Below are positions 32,601 through 40,913 of a DNA stretch of 64,000 nt, piece by piece. Numbering within the stretch: the stretch's first letter is position 1; each line of letters opens with the position of its first letter. Below the pieces are notes generated by a model. It ran no database searches. It was not told the origin of the DNA and saw nothing but the letters and a program-made list of their open reading frames with translations. Source of the DNA: Corallochytrium limacisporum Hawaii. Taxonomy: Eukaryota > Protista > Pluriformea. The stretch spans positions 1 through 64,000 of the forward strand of contig PDIP01000014.1 in assembly GCA_002811645.1 (NCBI GenBank). Reading direction: 5' to 3'. The position numbers were made by a program, and so were the translations under genes.

Positions 32601-34874
32601 CGATTCTTCGCCATGCGCACTGGACAAATTGAAATAGTGCGGAAGGGTATTATTGAGAATGTCATCTTCCCCATTCCAGAGGTCTGCAAGTTCCTCACCC
32701 AGGAATCTATGGAGCAGCTCGTTGACGAGGCACAGGAGGACGAGGACGGGAGCTTGGTCAGCTATTACTATGACCAGTTTGATCGCTTGTATCGAGAGAT
32801 GCGCTGGCAACAGCGGATTCAAGGCCATCGTCGTCTATACTTTGTGGCTCAACAGGCTAAGACATGGAAGGAACTCTGTTTCTTCGTATCTGTGGTCTTT
32901 AACTGCCTCATCCTGTGTTACTACCCGCTGGAAGATTTCAAAGCACCAACGCTTTTACAGGACTACATTGATGACGATTACCTTGTGACCTCTCTGATAC
33001 CAATGCTCTCCCTCGCACAACTGGTCGTGGCGGTGTTGGTTCTCGCATCCTACATGATCAATCAATGGGGTATTCAGAAGGCTTCAATCTATCAGGACTA
33101 TGCGCTGTACTATTATGTAGGGCAAGTAACTCTTTGTCTGGCTGGCCTCCTTGTCAACCCCCTATTCTTTTCGTTGATGCTGCTGGATCTTATTGTTCGG
33201 GAGGAGACCCTCAGAAACGTGATCCGCAGCGTGACTAAGAATGGTCTAAGTATCTTCCTCACGGGTGTTTTGGGTATAATCCTTATCTATCTCTTCAGTA
33301 TTGTTGGCCACCTTCTATTTAAGGAAGATTTCGTGGTGATGACTGATGACGGAGATGCAGTACCAGCATGTGATTCACTGGGCATGTGCATGATTACTGC
33401 CTTGAACCTGGGCATTCGCAGTGGTGGCGGTATTGGAGACATTTTGAAGATCCGCCACAATGAGGACCCCCTCTACGCGGCACGTATTATCTATGACATC
33501 ACGTTCTTTTTCTTCATCATCATTGTCGTCCTCAATATGATTTTTGGTGTCATTTTGGACACGTTTGCAGATCTGCGTCAAGAGAAGACACAAACCGAGG
33601 AGAAGATGCAAAACACTTGCTTCGTGTGCGGTTTGAATCGTTCTCGATTTGAAAACCAATTGCAAACATTCGAAGAACATTGCAATGTCACTCACTGCAA
33701 GTGGAACTATCTCTACTTTGTGGTACACCTGTGGCGCAAAGAAAGCACGGAGTACACAGGTCCTGAGAGTTATGTCTCAAACATGCTGGCCCACCGATCA
33801 TTGCACTGGATTCCGCGCTTGCGAACCAGCTTGCTTGAAACAGGCAGTAAGAATGCAGAAACCGATGCTATTGAACTGCGCGAGCAGGTGGTCAAGATGC
33901 AGGACACTCTTGTGAAGCTGTCAACTGGATTGTCGGATATTTACAGATCATTCAATGAGAGAAGACATCACGCTCGTAAGGCTCGAATGACGAAATTGGC
34001 AACTGGATCCTATTTGAACATCTCTCGCAGCCCTTCAGTACTAAGTGAACTTGATGAAGCCGCAGTGCCTAGCCTCAGTCTGGGACCGAGTATGGGTTCA
34101 GCCCATCTTGGTGTCCCGGTTGCGCGGAAAAACCCCATCACTCGTACGCTGAGTGGTGGTCGTAGCAGTCATTCGGGAGATCAAATAAGTGCACGGACGG
34201 AACACTCATCAGGCCATCAAAATGATGTGGATCCTTTGGCAGCTCCCGTGTCCTCTCGTGCATCATATGGTCATGCAGCGCTGGAAAGAAAGCCATCTCT
34301 CAAGCCCATCATTACAGATGATTTGCTGGCCGCACAAGCGAGGAACCTCAACTCGACGACAGCGTCTATGTCGTCGATGTATGACCCCGCACACGCTACC
34401 GTCCGAGGTGTGCAGTCCACTCCAGATGTTGGATCGCCGTCGCCGGCCATTGTTGTGGACAATGATAACAACGGCAACGTTGAGACTGGCCATGGGATCA
34501 CACGACGCGCTGGAAGTATCCATTCGCAGTCCACTAGCGCACTGCGATCAAGCAAGACTGTTACTGTACCGCCGGTCAACATTGCGACAAAGAAGACGCT
34601 TCAGACCCTCCAAATGCCTCAGATGGTAGTACGCAAGCGCAGTGACAGTGTCTGGGCCACTCCACCAGTCATTGATGGGTCAGCTCTAAGCCCCATGCTT
34701 GTGGTACCCGGTTCTGCTGCTGTCAATGGAGGAGGAGGCCCGCGTTCCCCACGTCCCGGAGATCTATGGAGCGAGAGTAGTGGTGACATCCTCGCCTCCG
34801 ACGACGGGACCGCCTCTGTCGATTTAAGCACAGATGTCCCTGGTGCTGACGAACTAGAGGTACCTCCACAGTGA
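26604..34874 (+). CDS. ITPR: Inositol 1,4,5-trisphosphate receptor (ER Ca2+ release channel)
   Basis: 2756 aa intronless ORF. Suppressor domain (LRYGDVISLFAEG...DDRCVVQP...FRDCLF), IP3-binding FLRTTGR, RQKLVREQ, YRKNQEY, RIH-associated LRFLQLLCENHN and TLTEFCQGPC, pore GIRSGGGIGD, IFGVILDTFADLR, Zn finger CFVCG..EEH...H, YTGPESYV. Confidence 0.98.
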   Translation: MSQLDFTGDLSQEELEEESPAQALRYGDVISLFAEGYVSGFLSSVSMIDDRCVVQPLAGNTERPPLRFRDCLFEVQPTSRYSAQQEYRKALQQTTTFQDVVLLTRLKNAAEAEKQQNEEDKVKQCGSTVLYGHDIQLLHCMSQKYLSVNKTLPALLEKQAMRVSLESEGSEGCYLTLMPFYNISSPSEPVTAESRIVLMAPLTESALHASNYALGDHENSLEVNIGPEKTCWQLNTFLPWSPFLRQSLKGGDVIRLFHCKQEKFLTADQRDNQMIAFLRTTGRTSKATAISSQALWEVEVVQENPCCSGVGMWDSFFRLKHLATSQYLTVHEDADVKYCLSMTDTKSDVRNLFEFVPVNAPLHKNRIGRDAYIRLRNLATGLTAHSSDVAIDIENEKPIMQKVAVGSSDKFEEAFAVVPVDPDEVYDLDYATEASQVLVVMIENIKNDNLTVRILKMGIKVLGSLIAFVLGLSEADASDPLAMTGKPNRARQKLVREQSCVENIFNVLELIYHNDASKEQSTDRRSGGIKEFSRMGYRLIRLSFENYRKNQEYVTKWLGFMQGHIGREILVEEAITALLNGNKKLTESYVKRGEIEVFVQLLQQTRKPEYLQYLTDLCACNGEVIKRTQGLICDLLLGTEHDEVLLRTSYSSDGSICVTWKDFEGAEQERTVFELVSTSSAARERAQKDAASDLLEFYRLQIELYSAMCRGRNTTAIHNISQRLPLELCKKGLADPFLPPGLRAAFSQTIIDVYIIIDTSKECDPIQYARLWQDVGLSFDLPDYVIGNPKPDMTDLKVFIHEFANHLTKFPEDFDNQSRSQLTLAVVSLFKNLVKYGHYSLSEMMRTVAQLLDIFARRTQIFDVPDALAPETPGEQGPDSPRPIFMSHPGLLQSKSLSHIRLATRGKQPSFVGITASLDPDPTSMTQQKVISEFMEVLEFVLDVRIDFRISQALVAYKRHALPLLNDEPEGFRRTADAADYTADYHEIATTATKDLEKSSLKWAMFLKDNLRECREVLEGEFDDLDVRNFIIVLLNEMVAGNNDANIASAMRVFLRYFNERTHLKDSLKQVQLLVSNRDVHIFKEIRNDLDSVRAHSEKIRLTTGIGPEPTPGAGLRQIAPDIEHYRALQGVMERLYNHLVKENVLGASSTQIQRLMRNLGVHRVIMEVLKLPLKHRKERNELLSFVHRALEAFMWGNPLNQRVVYDMRDVLFRDMEEGLEAAHLSIHAMYAENRDLCQSIEFEEIQRIVSSIQAWGRETHYLKILEMFTGFEGEPFKNQQEYVARALAENEEVQLFYDDDNAVAFLGSLHHARDEGLKQELEYHLQLLRVLAKCCKGDHNTKTELICQAMLPHEDVVRVLVYDQIPFDTKSVYMDYLHNSFFASGVGAVQIYSSPAIWHWFQYATDSIARFIDQERRRHKSVGENVCTDRPQNDPPHMAYIFRSLIGPLSDFLKRGDDVGVLMFFSQRLGNLRALLKLILKLRSMKHYVSVYRESLLDEIVKAGYDIAQSIYYPATIDAEQHLGLSPRATEELAEIVGTSVSARSAALKVANHIMKLVRQRRKRALTEAASKVGNLQMQDIMDSFRRFVSYIDTHLTRGESVENLSVLLIFAYPDQLIYAKSFVKSQMILEHLIGNCKKFKGENLGLTVKILQLLREYVYLGEKHEELLDAARYMQRLFNDGAVLPVRGLEELQNELNVAGAMSMIVDLVIANDDHRIFVHAIQCCNALLDEGNPNMQKSFARRCADGSGEPFLRIMNDTLDQQTVRAQKKNLRGTIGDQKGHDLSTDIVHTEEILRFLQLLCENHNPALQNFLRQQSRSRASYNLIHATLRLLDALCGPTSAGMGSYINEEIITLVNQCLITLTEFCQGPCPQNQLSIATHDSRGLDSTIAIILNDINPIEKDNPAAVLELREHAILLLLSLVESRNDKVVAYRVTIKMDIKLLLDRIESYYTAAVRSNRRGRLEIGHNMYILARSLADIVPETRHVFLEEKSRESLRFFAMRTGQIEIVRKGIIENVIFPIPEVCKFLTQESMEQLVDEAQEDEDGSLVSYYYDQFDRLYREMRWQQRIQGHRRLYFVAQQAKTWKELCFFVSVVFNCLILCYYPLEDFKAPTLLQDYIDDDYLVTSLIPMLSLAQLVVAVLVLASYMINQWGIQKASIYQDYALYYYVGQVTLCLAGLLVNPLFFSLMLLDLIVREETLRNVIRSVTKNGLSIFLTGVLGIILIYLFSIVGHLLFKEDFVVMTDDGDAVPACDSLGMCMITALNLGIRSGGGIGDILKIRHNEDPLYAARIIYDITFFFFIIIVVLNMIFGVILDTFADLRQEKTQTEEKMQNTCFVCGLNRSRFENQLQTFEEHCNVTHCKWNYLYFVVHLWRKESTEYTGPESYVSNMLAHRSLHWIPRLRTSLLETGSKNAETDAIELREQVVKMQDTLVKLSTGLSDIYRSFNERRHHARKARMTKLATGSYLNISRSPSVLSELDEAAVPSLSLGPSMGSAHLGVPVARKNPITRTLSGGRSSHSGDQISARTEHSSGHQNDVDPLAAPVSSRASYGHAALERKPSLKPIITDDLLAAQARNLNSTTASMSSMYDPAHATVRGVQSTPDVGSPSPAIVVDNDNNGNVETGHGITRRAGSIHSQSTSALRSSKTVTVPPVNIATKKTLQTLQMPQMVVRKRSDSVWATPPVIDGSALSPMLVVPGSAAVNGGGGPRSPRPGDLWSESSGDILASDDGTASVDLSTDVPGADELEVPPQ

Positions 34875-35219
34875 ACCAAATAATGGTTAGTAATCTAGTT
34901 TTTAATTTGTATTAGTAAGACATTCCACATCATAGCATCACATATGGCTTCATTGTTTGGCAGGTCGGTAATTTCGTGCTCTCAGCTTGCCCCCCCACCC
35001 CACCTCAAAACCGAAATATCAATATTTTGGACGAATGCTACCCAAAGTGGTCCTACGCAAGCAAACCTGTAGCTCAGTCCCAATTAGAAGGTTATAGAGG
35101 TATGTAGGAAGTGTTTACAAATTTGCTCCCTCGTGGTAGAAAGCATCAACAGAGATTTAACGGGCCAATTATCAGGATATAATATGTACGCTTACCTGTA
35201 AAGGGGTCACAAGCGTGAC

Positions 35220-37610
35220 ATGGGCTCTGTAAATATGACGCCTACGTATAAGCGAGGGCATCGGGACGACTACTCCAATGGCAAAACAAAGCCGCGGATA
35301 CCCGGATCTGGTATAAGGCCGAATGTCTACTCTGGCAGGTGGATTCTGGTGACTCTCTTTTGCTCGATCGTGTTGTTATATTTGCTTGGAGTACGACTTG
35401 AGTCCATAACTGGACATCATGATTTGACACATAGAAACCGCGACATACCGGGCCCAGATCAAGAACGGGACAAATTTGTTATTAATCCAGCGAGAACCAC
35501 TAGGAAAGGATTCCACTCCATTTATGAAGGCGACTGGACAATATACCGGCCACAAACGTCTGCTGTTGGACCAAAAGATGGATTCATTCCTCCGGGACCG
35601 ATTTCGTATGTACGCCGGGTGACTGGCGAATGCCTAGACCAGGAGGAAACCATCGAGATGACAATAGACGTCTTTGATGGCCGAAGCTTGAAAATCAATG
35701 GACAGGAGCTGTTTTCCCCCTGTCCACTTCGGGGAACACGGGAAGGTCTTCGCCAAGAGACGGAGGCAATGAAAGCACAGTTCTACGGGATGAAAGAACA
35801 CAATGCCGCTCTAATGGAAGCACTTGGAGACGAGGAATCGGAAGAGGCAAAAGCCAGAGATCGTGATCTAAATGCCATAGATCCCTTTAAGAAGATCGAA
35901 GCCATGCTCAACAAGCAGAAAGATGACAATCCAGCTCCGTGCCATGCCAAGGGAATGGCAGTTTTGGTTCTACACGAAGAGACGTTGGAAGTCCAGTATC
36001 ACGAAGTATTTGATGCTACCCAGGGCGCGGAAATGCTCACAGTTGTCAAAAAAGCACATCAGGGACGTATTCTGGTCTTCATGAGCTACGATGATGTGCC
36101 ACGATCCTTCCTCAATGAGGACCAGATTTCGCAGCTGTGTGAACAGCTCGGTTTCAGAGAGGTCTTCAATTTCGATCCCAATGGACATTATATGTCGATT
36201 GCGATTCGACCAGACCCCAAACGACCCAAAGTTGGATACCAGTATAAGGAAGTCCATGTGGCCAATTTTAAAGGAGAATATCCTGATCCTGTTTCGGCGA
36301 CGTTTTGCGTTGGTCCACCAACTTACCGGACGAGCGAGGTCAAAAAGATTGCGAGGATCGCATCACATGGTAAGCTCCAAAATTTCTGCACCACTTACAA
36401 TGATTTTGGGTATGTTTGCAATGAGTCTTTTGCCAGGGCTCTCTTGTCCGGTCAACAAAGGCGTGGATTGCTTCGCAATCCCGTGAGCCATGCCAAACTG
36501 GTTTACATAACTTCTGGTGGTGCTCATAAATTCGGAGAAGCATTCGTCGAGTTTCTGTTGGAGACAGATCAAGATCCAAGTTATATCCTTGTTTTACATT
36601 CTGGACACGAGGCACAAGCGGCAACTGCTGCATTTGTGGAGGCTGTGGGGGCGCACGTACATTTCATTGATCCTGTAGATCCCAAAGAAGCGGACACAGA
36701 AGATGAAGAAGGCCATAAAAGGTATGTGGATGCGCAGAGCATGCTCCGGGCAATCGACTACGCTTTTGAGACGGCTTTCCCTGACAGTGAAGATCTTGTT
36801 TTTGTTGAAGAAAACGTTTGCGTCGGTGCAGACGTACTTACATACTTCGGACAACTACACAAAGTTTTGCGTCAGAATAAGGATGTGATCGCCATTGGCA
36901 CCTTCAATGAGAACTCTTTCATTCCCAACTCCTCAGACGAAAGTGCAACCTTGCTTAGTGAATCATTCTCTCGGTACGCATTTATGACATCTCGCAGTCA
37001 GTTGAGACATATTCAAGATGCATTGAGGGGCTGCTGTGTCTCTAATTCATGGGACCGTGCAATCACGACATACATGCGTGAGCACAGCTTGTACACTGTG
37101 CTTCCAGCAATATCGCGGAGCTATGTCTCTGCTGAGTTTCACGCGGACACAATGATTTACCTCCAGTACTTTGCGTTCCGCCATTTGACCTCAGAAGCAG
37201 ATCTCACGTTAGCGAATATTGATGCTCTGGCCAGTGCCTCTGCCTACGAGGAGTATCTCTCGACCCGCATCAGGTCAGGTCACATCCTTAAGGATGTAAG
37301 TCCGTGTAAGACAACTTCAGTGCTACCCGATAGCCTACTCAAGGCGGAACCTGCAGGTACGTTATTCGTATTGTTGCTGGCCAATGACACCACAATGAAG
37401 CACTTCATAATCTGCCATGCTATGTGGGATAGGGACGATGGAATGCGGAGTATATACAAAGGTGTCCTGCGCTTTAGTCTGCGGGGTCGAGAAATTTGGG
37501 CAATCACCAAGGATGGGCCATTCGGTCAGTACTTCCCAGATGACGTTGTCCCGTACACGCTGCCGGATACTGTGAGCAGGCCAATCTTTAAGTTTGGTAA
37601 GGATACCTGA
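35220..37610 (+). CDS. POMGNT1-like GT13 glycosyltransferase with ILEI/PANDER-like stem domain (divergent)
   Basis: Type II TM (WILVTLFCSIVLLYLLGV), stem KGMAVLVLHEETLEVQYHEVFD...GRILVFMSYDD, NFCTTYNDFGYVC, catalytic-region LVFVEENVCVGADVLTYFGQL...VIAIGTFNEN, SWD, PAISRS, YKGVLRF. Confidence 0.72.
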   Translation: MGSVNMTPTYKRGHRDDYSNGKTKPRIPGSGIRPNVYSGRWILVTLFCSIVLLYLLGVRLESITGHHDLTHRNRDIPGPDQERDKFVINPARTTRKGFHSIYEGDWTIYRPQTSAVGPKDGFIPPGPISYVRRVTGECLDQEETIEMTIDVFDGRSLKINGQELFSPCPLRGTREGLRQETEAMKAQFYGMKEHNAALMEALGDEESEEAKARDRDLNAIDPFKKIEAMLNKQKDDNPAPCHAKGMAVLVLHEETLEVQYHEVFDATQGAEMLTVVKKAHQGRILVFMSYDDVPRSFLNEDQISQLCEQLGFREVFNFDPNGHYMSIAIRPDPKRPKVGYQYKEVHVANFKGEYPDPVSATFCVGPPTYRTSEVKKIARIASHGKLQNFCTTYNDFGYVCNESFARALLSGQQRRGLLRNPVSHAKLVYITSGGAHKFGEAFVEFLLETDQDPSYILVLHSGHEAQAATAAFVEAVGAHVHFIDPVDPKEADTEDEEGHKRYVDAQSMLRAIDYAFETAFPDSEDLVFVEENVCVGADVLTYFGQLHKVLRQNKDVIAIGTFNENSFIPNSSDESATLLSESFSRYAFMTSRSQLRHIQDALRGCCVSNSWDRAITTYMREHSLYTVLPAISRSYVSAEFHADTMIYLQYFAFRHLTSEADLTLANIDALASASAYEEYLSTRIRSGHILKDVSPCKTTSVLPDSLLKAEPAGTLFVLLLANDTTMKHFIICHAMWDRDDGMRSIYKGVLRFSLRGREIWAITKDGPFGQYFPDDVVPYTLPDTVSRPIFKFGKDT

Positions 37611-37674
37611 TGTTTTCTACAATCCCAATATACTGAATGTAATATATCATCTATGTACAAAAATTGCAACATGT

Positions 37675-38694
37675 TTAAGTTGGAGTCGCAGTCGTACCGT
37701 AGCGCTTTTCGAGTAGGCGGGTCAACACCCACACGTCCACATTTCCTCCACACATTACGCAAACACTGGGTCCCTTGTCCTCGACGGTGTCACGGAGGGC
37801 TGCAGCAACAGTAAGCGCAGCGGCTCCCTCAAAGACTTTGCGTTCGGTGGCAATAAGACTCACCAAAACTTCCTCAAGCTCGTTTTCGGGAACAAGGATC
37901 CATTCGTCAACTAGATCACGGCAGAGATCAAAGGTGATTGTACCTGCTTCTACTCCACCAGCTGTACCATCACTGAGGGTGTCTTCTAAGGGAACTTCAT
38001 AAATTTCACCCTTCTGGACGCAGTGATACATGGCTGCGTTCACTTTCGGTGCGACACCAATAATCTTGACTGATGGTTTCTCCACCTTCAGATAGGACGC
38101 AATTCCACTGATCATTCCTCCACCTCCGACTGACACGTAAACACGCTGGACATCAGGGCACTGTTGAAGAATCTCGACGCCGATGGTTCCTTGACCGGCG
38201 ATAACATCCAGGTCGTTGTATGGCGATACATACACACATCTATCTCCGTCTGGTTCTGACTCCGCTCGGGCCCGTGCGTATCCTTCAGTCACTGCGGCTT
38301 CAGAACCGTATTCTTCAACGAAGCAATTGGATCCCTGAGAAGCTTGGAGTCGTAGTGCTTCCAATTTGGTTTTACTGCAAGACGTGGGAACATAGCAGAT
38401 CTTCTTCATGTTGTCAAATTCTTTCAAGGTTGTTGCAGCCATGCAGAATCCAAGTCCATGGTTTCCGCTGCTTGCTGTGACAATATCGCCCGTGTAGCCA
38501 GTTTCGGCTAAAACCCGTAACTTGTTTGAGATTCCTCGGTATTTGAAGCTGCCTGAGATCTGCTCGCTCTCGAGCTTAAGCCAAACCTGCGGTCGTGTCG
38601 ATAAAGGCATCAATCTCGTCTTCTGAACTACGGAGGACAGTCGTTTGTACGCTCTTTGCACTTCCCCGTGCACAGTTTCTTTGGTCAGTGTCAT
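37675..38694 (-). CDS. PLP-dependent threonine/serine dehydratase / serine racemase family enzyme without an ACT domain
   Basis: LKLESEQISGSFKYRG (PLP lysine), TASSGNHG, YVSPYND..VIAGQGT, SVGGGGMISG, TLSDGTAG, EGAAA, CGGN. Confidence 0.92.
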   Translation of the reverse strand: MTLTKETVHGEVQRAYKRLSSVVQKTRLMPLSTRPQVWLKLESEQISGSFKYRGISNKLRVLAETGYTGDIVTASSGNHGLGFCMAATTLKEFDNMKKICYVPTSCSKTKLEALRLQASQGSNCFVEEYGSEAAVTEGYARARAESEPDGDRCVYVSPYNDLDVIAGQGTIGVEILQQCPDVQRVYVSVGGGGMISGIASYLKVEKPSVKIIGVAPKVNAAMYHCVQKGEIYEVPLEDTLSDGTAGGVEAGTITFDLCRDLVDEWILVPENELEEVLVSLIATERKVFEGAAALTVAAALRDTVEDKGPSVCVMCGGNVDVWVLTRLLEKRYGTTATPT

Positions 38695-38853
38695 TTTGAA
38701 TAAGAGTATGTTAGTGAGTTACGGTCTGTTTTGGTTTAGTACGGAGTATATGTATGGAACACAAATACCATTGTAGTGCGGCACTCAAACATCGTGTGGT
38801 TCACCCGGGAGGGGGAGGCCCTCGCACCGCAACCGCCTCCCCTCCTATGGCGG

Positions 38854-40428
<1,575 letters not shown>

Positions 40429-40913
40429 CTAGTGAACCGCTCGACTTCCGCTAGTTTACTTCATCGTTTATGTTTGTTCGATTTGTTCACTGAAATCAAT
40501 AGCAATGGGATTCTTCCCGGACCTGCGATGCCTTTTTCCATGCTTTTGTACCCACACAAGTTCTCGCGTCCGTACCCCGTTTGCCACCGTTCCCCCGCCT
40601 CTGGCGCGCGAATTGTCCAGACCGTGCCGGGCAACTTGTTTCCCTTCCTTTTCCAGACTGCGGAGCGTTGGCCAGTCTTCAACTCGCACTCTGCTGCGAG
40701 TGGCTGCCACACACAAAAGAGGGGGGTGGGGGATAGACACCGCGGCTGCGATTGTGTCGAGGAGTGCAAGGTACATGAAGGCAACTGGGTGCCTGTTCCG
40801 ATTTTCATCGACACAGGACGAAGAACGTCACTATCCATAACCATCTACAATGAACGAAACCATGACAGTATACGGGAAAAAGCAGAAGCGTCAGCAACTC
40901 GTTACATGACAAA

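Noticed and set aside
35066-35110. GTAGCTCAGT tRNA A-box-like word (also GTTCGAAT near 23065)
   Set aside because: No matching partner box or cloverleaf.
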